Origin: a virus
Taxonomy: Duplodnaviria; Caudoviricetes
DNA length: 64,000 bases
IMG/VR virus record: IMGVR_UViG_3300033076_000897
Location: 1 to 64,000 of that record
Reading direction: 5' to 3' (one strand)
Shown here: piece after piece, positions 8,670 through 17,978 of the stretch
How the letters are laid out: each line of letters begins with the position of its first letter
Position numbering within the stretch: the stretch's first letter is position 1
Program-made: the position numbers and the translations under genes
Notes under the pieces: generated by a model
Told to the model about the DNA's origin: nothing
Databases searched by the model: none
Seen by the model: only the letters and a program-made list of their open reading frames with translations

Positions 8670-10340
8670 TTATTCTATAGATTCGATGCTAAATTTAGAG
8701 AACCCGTTCTCTCTGTAGATCTGAATCTTTTTATCGAATATTTCGTGAGGCAATACAGTGTGATTGATAACAAACGTGTTGATCTTATTCTCTTTGATCA
8801 CTTGGCTTAGGATCTTTAAGATGTTGTAGATACCGTCTTGGTCCACTGAACTTAATAACTCGTCTAAGAACAACAAGTTCAATTGAGGGAATCTAAGCTT
8901 TAAGATCTTGATGATGGCTACAATGATGATAAAATCTGCCTTCTTTCTCTCTCCTGTTGACAGAGTCAATGCATTTACCTCTTCACCCAAGTGAGTGATG
9001 ATACAATTGAACTTCTCATCGAATCTGATGTGAAAGTGTAGATCCATCGACCGAACCATCGCTGCGATGTTGTTGTTTAGGGCTGGCAGAATTGTTTTGA
9101 TGGCAAGGTTCTTAACTCCATCCTCACCCAAAACGTTTTCTAAGTACTCTAAGAAGTTGTAATCACCTTGAATAGTGTCTTTAGAACCTGACTTCTTTTT
9201 CTCGCTACCCTCAAAATCTTTAATGATTTGACGCAAATGATCAAACTCTTCAGCGTTGTTGGATTCCTTGATCTTGATCAATTCTTCCTTCAATTTTCTG
9301 ATGTTGTATGCAAAGTTGCTTGACTTCTCATCGATCTCAGCACTCTTTTCGTTTAAGCCTTTAATCTCTTCAACCAGTGAAGAGATTTCGGTAGAAAGAG
9401 TATCGAACTCTTCTGAGCCTTTTTCAAGTTGAACGTTTAGTTTTGTCAATTGGCTAGCATGCCAATCGGTATCAAGTTTGGTTTCACACGTTGGACAGTG
9501 ACCGCTTTCGTAAAGCGAAATCTTCTTTTTCAATGTAGAAACTTGGTGCTCCAACGAAGATTTTCTGGACTTCTTGGTCTCGTAATTTTCTTTTAGAGTA
9601 CCAATTTTGTTGGTCACTTTCTCTTTAGCGTCCTTAAGCTTTTTAGCCTTTTCACCCAAATCAAGCAAACTGGCTTTTAGTTCTTCGATTTTACCTTTGT
9701 TCTTTTCGTCTGCTTCGGCCACCAATGTGTTTAGTTTGCCTCTAACAGAAGTAATCGATTCTAAGATTTGTCTTAGCTCGGCATCCAACGAATCTAGGTC
9801 CATTTTTAGTTGCTTGCGCTCCTCTTTGATCGAGTTGAACATCTCGTTTAAAATAGAGAAACCGAACATACGATCGATGATCTTCTTTTTGTCGGTTCCT
9901 GTCATTGTCAAGAAACTCTTGAAATCATTGATCGACAAGATGATGATGTTCTTAAATACATGGTATGGTATACCGTAAACCTCGTCCTCTAAATATTCTT
10001 GGACTGATTTCTTACCAGCTTTATCAAACTCAACACCATTGATTAGGACTGTGAACCTGTTTGGTGCCAATCCTCTTTCGATTTCAATGGTCATGCCTTT
10101 ACACTTGAGTTTGATTCTGACCCAAAGAGCTTTGTTGATTCTGTTGGGTAAGTCAGACATTCTGGCACCCTCAACTTTACCGTACAAAGCAAATAAAATG
10201 GCATTGGCGATAGTAGTTTTACCATCGCCATTCTTACCAAGAGTCAAAAACAATTCGGCACCGTCCTCTTTAAACTCAATTTTCTGGGGTTGGTTACCGT
10301 AACTTGCTATATTCTTAAATTCAATTGATTGTATCTTCAT
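8670..10340 (-). CDS. gp46: Recombination endonuclease ATPase subunit (Rad50/SbcC-like)
   Basis: Walker A GKNGDGKTT, CPTC zinc hook, LSTGE signature, LFLDE Walker B, long coiled coils. Confidence 0.95.
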   Translation of the reverse strand: MKIQSIEFKNIASYGNQPQKIEFKEDGAELFLTLGKNGDGKTTIANAILFALYGKVEGARMSDLPNRINKALWVRIKLKCKGMTIEIERGLAPNRFTVLINGVEFDKAGKKSVQEYLEDEVYGIPYHVFKNIIILSINDFKSFLTMTGTDKKKIIDRMFGFSILNEMFNSIKEERKQLKMDLDSLDAELRQILESITSVRGKLNTLVAEADEKNKGKIEELKASLLDLGEKAKKLKDAKEKVTNKIGTLKENYETKKSRKSSLEHQVSTLKKKISLYESGHCPTCETKLDTDWHASQLTKLNVQLEKGSEEFDTLSTEISSLVEEIKGLNEKSAEIDEKSSNFAYNIRKLKEELIKIKESNNAEEFDHLRQIIKDFEGSEKKKSGSKDTIQGDYNFLEYLENVLGEDGVKNLAIKTILPALNNNIAAMVRSMDLHFHIRFDEKFNCIITHLGEEVNALTLSTGERKKADFIIIVAIIKILKLRFPQLNLLFLDELLSSVDQDGIYNILKILSQVIKENKINTFVINHTVLPHEIFDKKIQIYRENGFSKFSIESIE

Positions 10341-10342
10341 AA

Positions 10343-11458
10343 TTATGCATCGAAATCGTAGTCACTAGCGCACTTGTCGTACGTTAATCTTACTTTGTTT
10401 TTGATCCTTTGTTTCACTTCTTCGTCCAAGTGCATGCCATCCACGTACATGTCGCACAGTTTTAGGATGTCGTATTGCTTGTACATTTCTTCGATGTCGC
10501 CTAGATCATAAAGATCCTTGTCAACAATATCGTGTTCATCGTAGATGTTTGGTTCGATTCTTCGGCTGATGTGCTGAATCTCATTGATCAATCTTCCCAA
10601 AGCAGAAGTTGTTGCTATCTTGCTAGGTACAAAAAGATCCACATAGTTGTTTCTGATGGCATTCTTAAAATCACCGATAGGTGTATTGTACAATTTGGCC
10701 AAGTCGAACTTAACAAATTTAGGAGACACATGATTCTCGAAGAACTTTTCTTCCATGTTGGCTAGATCCAATAACCAGAATCCCTTTTGGTTGCCAGAAT
10801 CACTTCTGGTCAGCTCGTATGGAACACCAACCATGTTAAGTTTACCAAGTTTTTGGCGATAGTGGATGTGTCCTGAGAACACTCCATCGTACTTGTTGTA
10901 TTGATTAGCGTCTGATCCGTGTTCGTTTTTAACCTTGGCGTTTAAGGCAACACCTTTTACTTCAGAGTGACAAAAGACAACATTAGCATTTGGGAATTCA
11001 GCCAAAGTTTCAACTTCATGTTCAGGATCCTTTCTCCATGGCATCAATAAGATGTTTCTCTTGGCCCATTTGTATTGAATAGGCTCTTTATAAACCTGAA
11101 CGTTTGGGATCCATTTAATAGAATCAATAGCTGAAACCTCGTTGCTTCTTTTGGCCCAAATGTCGTGGTTACCTACGATCACGTGGGTTGGCATAATCTC
11201 TCCACATTTTTCAAAGAATTCTATTGCGTAATGCAGAACCTTTAAGTTAATGGATTGACGATTGTCGAAAGCATCACCAACCTGCACTAACACATCACCA
11301 TCTTGAAAGTTTTCTCTAAGGGTCGGTAGAAACACTGTTTCATAGAAGTTCTTTTGAATTTCCAACCACTCAACAGAGTTTGACCTAACACCTAAGTGCA
11401 TATCTCCAAGAATCCAAACACGTTTCACTGGTTTGGCTAGTACAGCTTTTTCTATCAT
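10343..11458 (-). CDS. gp47: Recombination endonuclease nuclease subunit (Mre11/SbcD-like)
   Basis: GDMHLG, GDAFDNR, GNHD and SGHIH metallophosphoesterase motifs. Confidence 0.95.
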   Translation of the reverse strand: MIEKAVLAKPVKRVWILGDMHLGVRSNSVEWLEIQKNFYETVFLPTLRENFQDGDVLVQVGDAFDNRQSINLKVLHYAIEFFEKCGEIMPTHVIVGNHDIWAKRSNEVSAIDSIKWIPNVQVYKEPIQYKWAKRNILLMPWRKDPEHEVETLAEFPNANVVFCHSEVKGVALNAKVKNEHGSDANQYNKYDGVFSGHIHYRQKLGKLNMVGVPYELTRSDSGNQKGFWLLDLANMEEKFFENHVSPKFVKFDLAKLYNTPIGDFKNAIRNNYVDLFVPSKIATTSALGRLINEIQHISRRIEPNIYDEHDIVDKDLYDLGDIEEMYKQYDILKLCDMYVDGMHLDEEVKQRIKNKVRLTYDKCASDYDFDA

Positions 11459-11901
11459 TAGAACAATTTTTTGATGTTTTTACGACCCAAGATGTTAGTC
11501 TTTTGGTCTAATTCTTCGATTAGTCTCTCTTTAAAGATGTTGCTCAATGCGTTGTAAAACTTCGTAGAGTGAACATTGAAATAGTCAGCCGTTTCTGCAA
11601 AGATCTCGATGCGTGAGTAGTTCGCAGAGAGCTCATCCTCTAGATATTCATAGATCTGATTAATATCGATCTTTCTAAGTTTTTTAGCTTCCCCAAACTC
11701 ATCTATTTCGTTGAAGTGTTTAAATCTTGATTCTTCTACTAAAGTATGAATCTCTTTTCGAAGGTTTTCTGTGTGAATCTTTTCATCTTCTGGTCGATCA
11801 TCGACCCACTGAGGGCTAATCTCGAATGAGATAGAGCTGTCCAACTCAAAGTCCGGAGACTCAAAATTGTTATCAAAGATTTTATCTGTTTTTTGTCTCA
11901 T
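11458..11901 (-). CDS. Hypothetical protein, possible gp33-like late transcription co-activator
   Basis: C-terminal half (IEIFAETADYFNV..FYNALSNIFKERLIEE...NILGRKNIKKLF) follows the helical pattern of gp33-family proteins. Confidence 0.45.
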   Translation of the reverse strand: MRQKTDKIFDNNFESPDFELDSSISFEISPQWVDDRPEDEKIHTENLRKEIHTLVEESRFKHFNEIDEFGEAKKLRKIDINQIYEYLEDELSANYSRIEIFAETADYFNVHSTKFYNALSNIFKERLIEELDQKTNILGRKNIKKLF

Positions 11902-13214
11902 AAACTGTGTATATTACTGTTTGTAACATCGTCTGTCTCTGTCAATCTCATGTAGTTGTAATTGATCTCGAGACGACATTTGGTTCCCTTTCCTTCACCG
12001 TCACGAATCTTTAATACTTTCAACCAGTATTCTAAGTTTGATCTCATTAAGTCGTCTTGAATGATACCCAACATTACGTCTGCTGTGTGTGAAAGACCTG
12101 CTGATTCAGCAATATCGGTCATGGAAATATCGCTTGAATTGTAACCACTTCTAGTAATCTGAGTGGCTGTAATCACTAAGAACTTGTTGCGAACCGACAT
12201 GGCTCTTAAATCTTCTGCGATCTGCTTGATCTTCATGTAAGTGTTCTCAGTGTTTGGGTTTCTGTAGTTGGCTAGGATATTTATGTAATCCAGTACCACA
12301 GCTCCGATCTTGATCTTCTTTTCTTCTTCAACTTGCTTGATGTAAGCTTCGATGTCTGGAACTGTAGCTTGTGAAGTTGGAAACTGTTTAACAAATAGTT
12401 GTCCTGGAGGAGTGAATCCAGATCCAACAGATTCTAATCTGCGTTGGATGTACTCTTTGTTTTCAGCTTTGTTGGAATACTCGTTGATTGGAATACTCAA
12501 TAAGTTTGATCCAATCCTTTTTACAAACTTGTGAGCTGCCATTTCTAGTGTGATCACAACGGTGTTGATTCCAGCTTTAACGCAGTTTGCTGCGTCGTTG
12601 GCCAAGAAGATTGACTTACCGATGTTTTGTTCACCGGCGTAAACGATCAAGTTTCCATCTCTATCGTAACCACCGTTAAGGATTCTATCGATAAAGTTGT
12701 AGCCTGAAGTTACCTTTTCGTTGTCCTTTTGGTTGTGTGAATCTACCTCAAAGAAGTTTAAACCTAAATCAGAATTGAAAGTGATGTTGTTTCTTTCATT
12801 GATCAAGACCTTAACTTTATTGATGACACCATCTGCGTTTTCTGGTGTGATCTCTGAGGTCTTAATGTACTCGATCGTATCAACTAATGTTTGATCAAAG
12901 TTTCTCCATTTGATCCATGCTTCTGCAGTTGAAGTCAACCACTCTTCGTCGTAGTTTGCTAAGTCAACCTCGTAAACCAAATTGATGATCTCATGACTTA
13001 GTTTGTCTTTGCTCTTTTTGCTGTTTTGCGCCAAGAGCTTCATCTGATCGCGGCTCGGAGTTTCGTGAAACTTGTTGTAAAATGCTTTGGCTAAAAAGCT
13101 CATTAGGTCGATTTCTTCGCTCTTGTAGAAACCAGCCTTTACAGCTTCCAAGTATTTTGGTTTAGCTAAAGTTAGTTTGAAAAATATCTTTTCGTAATCT
13201 TGTCCGAATTGCAT
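11898..13214 (-). CDS. gp41: Replicative DnaB-like helicase
   Basis: AGEQNIGKS Walker A, ITLEM, LDYINI, IAEDLR, TATQITR, AESAGL. Confidence 0.93.
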   Translation of the reverse strand: MQFGQDYEKIFFKLTLAKPKYLEAVKAGFYKSEEIDLMSFLAKAFYNKFHETPSRDQMKLLAQNSKKSKDKLSHEIINLVYEVDLANYDEEWLTSTAEAWIKWRNFDQTLVDTIEYIKTSEITPENADGVINKVKVLINERNNITFNSDLGLNFFEVDSHNQKDNEKVTSGYNFIDRILNGGYDRDGNLIVYAGEQNIGKSIFLANDAANCVKAGINTVVITLEMAAHKFVKRIGSNLLSIPINEYSNKAENKEYIQRRLESVGSGFTPPGQLFVKQFPTSQATVPDIEAYIKQVEEEKKIKIGAVVLDYINILANYRNPNTENTYMKIKQIAEDLRAMSVRNKFLVITATQITRSGYNSSDISMTDIAESAGLSHTADVMLGIIQDDLMRSNLEYWLKVLKIRDGEGKGTKCRLEINYNYMRLTETDDVTNSNIHSL

Positions 13215-13229
13215 CTTGAATTGTTTATA

Positions 13230-13258
13230 CTTTTACTTGCTTAATCTACTTAGTTTCA
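13230..13258 (-). promoter_or_regulatory. Putative early/middle promoter TGAAAC-N17-TAAAAG (helicase operon)
   Basis: Bipartite motif, 17-nt spacer, weaker -10 box. Confidence 0.55.
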
Positions 13259-13555
13259 CTCGAACGGATTGGTTAAAACCTGATAGGTTTCTTTGCCAGG
13301 TTCGTCTTTGGTTTGGGCAATAAAACCTTTAGCGATCAAAGTTTCAATGCTTTGACCTAAAATCTCTTCACGTCCTGGGCAATAGTATTTAGCTACAGAA
13401 TGTAGTGTGAATGTGTCTTTGAATCTGTCAGGATACCTGTTGGCCCTATCGACCACGTAGTGTAGTACGTCGATCGGTTCGGGCCAACTTGGCAATTCCT
13501 TTTCGATGCCAAGTACGTATTTGATTGGCAATCGATCTGGGTTTAATTTAAGCAT
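13256..13555 (-). CDS. Hypothetical protein (possible winged helix)
   Basis: 99-aa ORF overlapping the uvsX stop; IETLIAKGFI...ETYQV pattern. Confidence 0.55.
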   Translation of the reverse strand: MLKLNPDRLPIKYVLGIEKELPSWPEPIDVLHYVVDRANRYPDRFKDTFTLHSVAKYYCPGREEILGQSIETLIAKGFIAQTKDEPGKETYQVLTNPFE

Positions 13556-14660
13556 CTTCTAAAATTTCGTCCAGGTTTGCATTGATCTCTTCTGAGTTGT
13601 AGTTGAAGATTGGTTTGATTTGCTCATCAATCTTTTTCAACACTGCGTCTGTGAAGACCTTTTCAGTAAAGAATTCTTTGTTGCTAACTTGGTGATCCAA
13701 ATGCTCACAGATCCAATATTTAGACTTCTTGTCAACTGTTTTTTCTCCAGTCTTTTTGTCAACAGTTCCACGATCGATACCGCAAGTTTCCCAAGAAACG
13801 TAGTTCTCTAAACCAACGAAACGATTCATACCTTGACCGAAGTGAAGGTGAAACTTAATAGGCATTGGTTTTGCAAAACGATTCTTGTCTGGTTTTGCAG
13901 TTACTACGATACCTACTTTATTTTCTCCGTCTTTTAATTGAGCTTTGTTTAGCATCAATACAACAGAAGCTGCGTATTCAGGTCCTGTACCACCACCAGC
14001 TACTTGACGACTAATAAAGTCTTGTGTCATGTAAGTATGGTTGGTGAAAAGGAAAGGAATCTTAAGATCAGCCAACGGAGTCATGATGATTCTAAAGATA
14101 GACTTAAGAACTTTAGAGCGAGTCATGTCTGATTTCTCTGATCCTGACATAGCATCATCAATTTCTTTTTGGGTTGCAAGGTTACCAGCTGAGTCTAGAA
14201 TAACCATAATTTTTGGTAATTCTGCACCGTCTCTTTTAGCGTCTTGCATCTTCTTAGTCACATTTGTCACCGAGGTTCTAAATTCCTGTACAGTGTTTAG
14301 TGGTTGATAGTTGACTCTGGAGGTATCAATACCGAATTTCTTCATTAGATCCTTGTCAACTGCTGCTTCTGAATCATAGAAGATCACATAGTAACCCATA
14401 TCGATAGCTCTTTTGACAGAGTTCAAGATTAGATAGGTTTTACCTGTACCCGATGGTCCAGCGATAGAACATGAACGGTTATTTGGCCATCCTCCGAAAA
14501 GGCTACCACTAATACATGCGTTCAGGTGATAGTTTCCAGTGTCGATCCATTCGGTGACTTCTGAAAAGTTTGACGTTTCCATAACTGATCCTAACGGGTT
14601 TACCGCAGCCAGTTCTTTGTTAATGTCGTCAAACGTGAATGAGTTAATTTTCTTTGCCAT
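13548..14660 (-). CDS. uvsX: RecA-like recombinase UvsX
   Basis: AGPSGTGKT Walker A, YDSEAA, ILDSAGNL, FTNHTY, GGGTGPEYAAS, KNRF. Confidence 0.93.
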   Translation of the reverse strand: MAKKINSFTFDDINKELAAVNPLGSVMETSNFSEVTEWIDTGNYHLNACISGSLFGGWPNNRSCSIAGPSGTGKTYLILNSVKRAIDMGYYVIFYDSEAAVDKDLMKKFGIDTSRVNYQPLNTVQEFRTSVTNVTKKMQDAKRDGAELPKIMVILDSAGNLATQKEIDDAMSGSEKSDMTRSKVLKSIFRIIMTPLADLKIPFLFTNHTYMTQDFISRQVAGGGTGPEYAASVVLMLNKAQLKDGENKVGIVVTAKPDKNRFAKPMPIKFHLHFGQGMNRFVGLENYVSWETCGIDRGTVDKKTGEKTVDKKSKYWICEHLDHQVSNKEFFTEKVFTDAVLKKIDEQIKPIFNYNSEEINANLDEILEDA

Positions 14661-14832
14661 ATTCGAATTCTGTTTTTTCTTGGTTTCTTAGTTCTTCGAG
14701 ACGCCCTTCCAAATTCTTCATCTTAGTAACCATACCCAAAATCTGATTTTCTAGTGATTGAATCTCACTATAAATTTTTTGGTATTCGGCGATGTAGTGT
14801 TCTTGACGCTCTGTTAGTTTGTTATTGTCCAT
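14644..14832 (-). CDS. Small coiled-coil hypothetical protein
   Basis: 62-aa ORF tightly packed in the operon. Confidence 0.55.
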   Translation of the reverse strand: MDNNKLTERQEHYIAEYQKIYSEIQSLENQILGMVTKMKNLEGRLEELRNQEKTEFEYGKEN

Positions 14833-14959
14833 CTTTTTTGTTCTTTTTTTGGCTCTTGTGATAGAGTTCCCTAATCTTGTTACCCAATTCCATATCGTTT
14901 GGGTATCGATCGATCAGAAATTTTAGTCTGCTAAATAAAAATCTTTTGATTATTCCCAT
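14822..14959 (-). CDS. Small hypothetical protein (45 aa; absent from the ORF track)
   Basis: Manual translation MGIIKRFLFSRLKFLIDRYPNDMELGNKIRELYHKSQKKNKKDGQ; fills the gap 3 nt after the polymerase stop. Confidence 0.6.
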   Translation of the reverse strand: MGIIKRFLFSRLKFLIDRYPNDMELGNKIRELYHKSQKKNKKDGQ

Positions 14960-14962
14960 AGC

Positions 14963-16156
14963 TTAAAAATCAAACAGTGATGATGAAAAAATTAGATTGC
15001 GGTCCAATGGCTTCATGTTAAGCGATGCTAATACACGATTCATTGGATCGATGATAGCCTTTTCAAATTGTAAATCGTGATCAATCTTCGGAGCAAACTC
15101 GTAAGGAAATTCTCCAGGCAAGTATGCGAACACGTCGCTCAAACCATTTTGCTCTGATACGTGATAGATCTTTAACTTCTCGCCGTTAGCAATAGCTTTG
15201 TACTTCTTCTTATATTTTGAATTGTTCAATAAGTAGTTGTAGTAACCACCTGCTTTTACGTTTGGAGGAGTTTTACTTGCAAATTGAAAGGTTTCGTAGT
15301 CATCCAAGATGTATTTTTGGATGTTGTTGGTTCTTTTATTGAAGGCAATATCGTCGATATCTGCCAACTTGAACTCTTTTTTGGCTTGACGCAAAAAGTT
15401 TACGATGCTTTCTTGCGAAGGTGAATCACTCTTAAAGATGAGTTGCAATGCCTCGTTAAGCTTTTTTCTAGCGAAGGTCGGTGTAGAACTTTGAATAACT
15501 TCAAAACCGATGGTTTTAATGTAGCTCGCTCGATCGTATCGTTGATCTATCTTGAGTTTATCAGTCCATGCGATGTCTTGAATGTACTTCTTTTTCGCCA
15601 TCCAGATACCTGAGTGAGCGATAGTTTCAAGTTCAAAGACCAAGAAGTTATCAGTATTGGTGACTTCGGCATATTTCTCCATGCATTTTACGATGTAATC
15701 TTTTAATCGATTATTGTATACGTGCATGATGAAATGATCAATGCTTAATTTATCACCTACAAACTCTGTAGCTTCGTACATTTCTTCGAACCTCACGTAA
15801 CACGAGTCAGTATCGATGTAGATAACTGCTGGCTTTTCAAGCCTACGATTGACTTTGATGTTTAGCTTTTCATGAAGCTCTTTGTCCTTGTGATAAAACT
15901 CGTTGAAGTAACGATTTAAAATCTTCTCTGAATAAAGAATCGCATTCTTACCTTGAATGGTGATAGATTCTGCGATGTCTATATTGAAAAAATGGAACCA
16001 CTTGTTTCCAAAGGCTCCGTAGATTGAGTTAAGTGTCAACTTAACAGCTTGCTCGTAGGCAGTAAACTTGGCCGATTCAGTTTCGAGCTGATCGGCCAAG
16101 TTCTGCAATTCATCGAGACTCAAAGAGTCCAAGTCTATGTTTAGTAGATCGGACAT
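14963..16156 (-). CDS. gp43: Family B DNA polymerase, C-terminal subunit (fingers, palm motifs B and C, thumb)
   Basis: KLTLNSIYGAFG (motif B), YIDTDS (motif C), KKKY, C-terminal SLFDF clamp-binding-like tail; lacks exonuclease and motif A. Confidence 0.93.
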   Translation of the reverse strand: MSDLLNIDLDSLSLDELQNLADQLETESAKFTAYEQAVKLTLNSIYGAFGNKWFHFFNIDIAESITIQGKNAILYSEKILNRYFNEFYHKDKELHEKLNIKVNRRLEKPAVIYIDTDSCYVRFEEMYEATEFVGDKLSIDHFIMHVYNNRLKDYIVKCMEKYAEVTNTDNFLVFELETIAHSGIWMAKKKYIQDIAWTDKLKIDQRYDRASYIKTIGFEVIQSSTPTFARKKLNEALQLIFKSDSPSQESIVNFLRQAKKEFKLADIDDIAFNKRTNNIQKYILDDYETFQFASKTPPNVKAGGYYNYLLNNSKYKKKYKAIANGEKLKIYHVSEQNGLSDVFAYLPGEFPYEFAPKIDHDLQFEKAIIDPMNRVLASLNMKPLDRNLIFSSSLFDF

Positions 16157-16159
16157 TTA

Positions 16160-16903
16160 TTAATCGTTGGTTTGGCAAGTTGCAATTGTTAAGATAGTTT
16201 GTGAATCTTTAGAAGCAAACATCACTTTGTTGGTAGAAGCCAACACTGTTTGCTCTTCACGGTCAATCAAATTGATGTACTTTTTGTACAATGCAACGTT
16301 ACCTTCACCTTCTGCCTCTGGGTTAACTGTCCAGTTGAAAGTTTTACCAGAAACTTTAACACCTTTCTTAGCAGTGATGTTGAAGATTTCTTCTTTGTCA
16401 AGGTTGAACAAAGACTTGATCTTGTTGATCGAAGTCACATCAACGTCAAAGTTGAAGTCAGTACCTTCTTTAGAGAAGATGCCATTGATTTGTGCTTGTG
16501 TCAAATCTTTAAAGCCTAAAGATGGTTCTGAACAAGCCAAAGTGATTTCAAGTTCATCGTTGTGAAGAACCAAAGAAGAAGCTACGTAATCAACGTCAGT
16601 TTCCATGAAGTTGATGGTACCTTGAATAGCATCAGCGTCAAACATACGGAAAGCTTCGATAACTTTGTTAGCATCGAAGAATGCAATGCGTAATGGTTTG
16701 TCAGTTGGTACGTTGTCTACTGCGAAGATGTCGCTCACGTTACATGTGTGCATCTTTACAGCATCACGCTGAGGCAAATAAGCTACAGATACCACTTGGT
16801 TTCCTTCTTCGATCTTGAAATAGATGAAGTTGTCGATCAGTTTCATGCGGTTGATGAAGCTGATAAAGCTGTTTTGATCAATTTTTTGAATCTCAAGTTT
16901 CAT
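16160..16903 (-). CDS. gp45: Sliding clamp, gp45-like (start revised from 16957 to 16903)
   Basis: 247-aa two-domain alpha/beta pattern next to the polymerase; the promoter at 16928-16956 lies inside the longer ORF, which favours the MKLEIQK start. Confidence 0.6.
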   Translation of the reverse strand: MKLEIQKIDQNSFISFINRMKLIDNFIYFKIEEGNQVVSVAYLPQRDAVKMHTCNVSDIFAVDNVPTDKPLRIAFFDANKVIEAFRMFDADAIQGTINFMETDVDYVASSLVLHNDELEITLACSEPSLGFKDLTQAQINGIFSKEGTDFNFDVDVTSINKIKSLFNLDKEEIFNITAKKGVKVSGKTFNWTVNPEAEGEGNVALYKKYINLIDREEQTVLASTNKVMFASKDSQTILTIATCQTND

Positions 16904-16927
16904 TTTTAAAAATTTATTTTGTTTATT

Positions 16928-16956
16928 ATTGTACGGGTTTATCGAGCTTTGTTTCA
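16928..16956 (-). promoter_or_regulatory. Putative early/middle promoter TGAAAC-N17-TACAAT (clamp, polymerase C-subunit, uvsX)
   Basis: Bipartite motif with 17-nt spacer. Confidence 0.75.
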
Positions 16957-17847
16957 AGCTGTTTGTGAGGAGAGTTCTAATACTTTAGAAGCCAACTCTA
17001 TACCAATTCGCTCTTGGGCTTCTACTGTAGAACCACCAATGTGAGGTGTTGCAAGAATGAAGTGATGGTTTAAGAGGTGATTCCATGGCGTAGGTTCGTC
17101 CATGAAAGTATCCAAACATGCTCCACCAAGTTTTTTGTCCTCTATAAAACGAATAAGGTCCTCTTCGTTGACACAACCGCCTCGAGATGCATTGATAACT
17201 ACTGCAGTGGGTTTCATTAGAGCAAAGTCATTCTCGTTCAAGATTTCGCTGGATCCTGAAACGTGGATGGTTACGAAATCAGAATTCTTTAAGATGTCCT
17301 CTTTTGTGTAATTTGTATCGACGTACGGATCGTAAGCCATAACTTTCATACCGTTTGCTGTAGCTAATTTAGCGACCTCTCTTCCAATACGACCATAACC
17401 AATAACTCCTAAAGTTTGGCCTAGGACTTCTCTTCCAGACTCAAGTTCTTTCTTTAATTCTTTGAAGCTGTAAGTTGCAATAGAGTAGTGTGAGTGATGG
17501 ATACCTCGGTTCCATGTGTAGATCAACCCCATAACCAATTCCGCAACTGAGCGAGAACTAGCGGCTGGGGTATTGAAAACCTTTCTACCATGTTGTTCAG
17601 CAAATTCAACATCGATGTTGTCTACACCGACACCAGCACGGCCAATAAACATAAGATTGGGACACGCTTCGATTAGATCCTTTCTAACTTTTGTTGCAGA
17701 TCTAACCAAAATGGCTTCGATGTGGTTTTCGTTAATGTAATCGATTAGTTGTTCTTGTGGAACATGAGACGTGATAACTTCATGACCAGCCTCATTGAGT
17801 ATTTCGACTGCTTTTGAATTCAGTCCATCGTTAGCTAATATTTTCAT
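16954..17847 (-). CDS. serA: D-3-phosphoglycerate dehydrogenase / D-2-hydroxyacid dehydrogenase
   Basis: VRSATKV, GRAGVGVDNID, NTPAAS, GYGRIG Rossmann motif, INASRGG, TPHIGGST.EAQ. Confidence 0.88.
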   Translation of the reverse strand: MKILANDGLNSKAVEILNEAGHEVITSHVPQEQLIDYINENHIEAILVRSATKVRKDLIEACPNLMFIGRAGVGVDNIDVEFAEQHGRKVFNTPAASSRSVAELVMGLIYTWNRGIHHSHYSIATYSFKELKKELESGREVLGQTLGVIGYGRIGREVAKLATANGMKVMAYDPYVDTNYTKEDILKNSDFVTIHVSGSSEILNENDFALMKPTAVVINASRGGCVNEEDLIRFIEDKKLGGACLDTFMDEPTPWNHLLNHHFILATPHIGGSTVEAQERIGIELASKVLELSSQTA

Positions 17848-17865
17848 AGAAATTTAATGTTTTCT

Positions 17866-17894
17866 GTTATAAAAGCCAACGGGGGTTTGTTTCA
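17866..17894 (-). promoter_or_regulatory. Putative early/middle promoter TGAAAC-N17-TATAAC (serA)
   Basis: Bipartite motif with 17-nt spacer. Confidence 0.75.
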
Positions 17895-17895
17895 T

Positions 17896-17928
17896 AAAAA
17901 AGGGCAAGGAGTAGCGAATTCCTTGCCC
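17896..17928 (-). terminator. Intrinsic terminator after nrdA
   Basis: Perfect 9-bp stem GGGCAAGGA/TCCTTGCCC plus T6. Confidence 0.85.
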
Positions 17929-17978
17929 ACATCCGAAACTAGTTTCGGTCCTAAGCGAGAGTTTTACCTCCCATGATC

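Noticed and set aside
16904-16957. N-terminal extension of the clamp ORF as given in the track
   Set aside because: The extension coincides with the promoter and A-rich leader; ATG at 16903 is more plausible.
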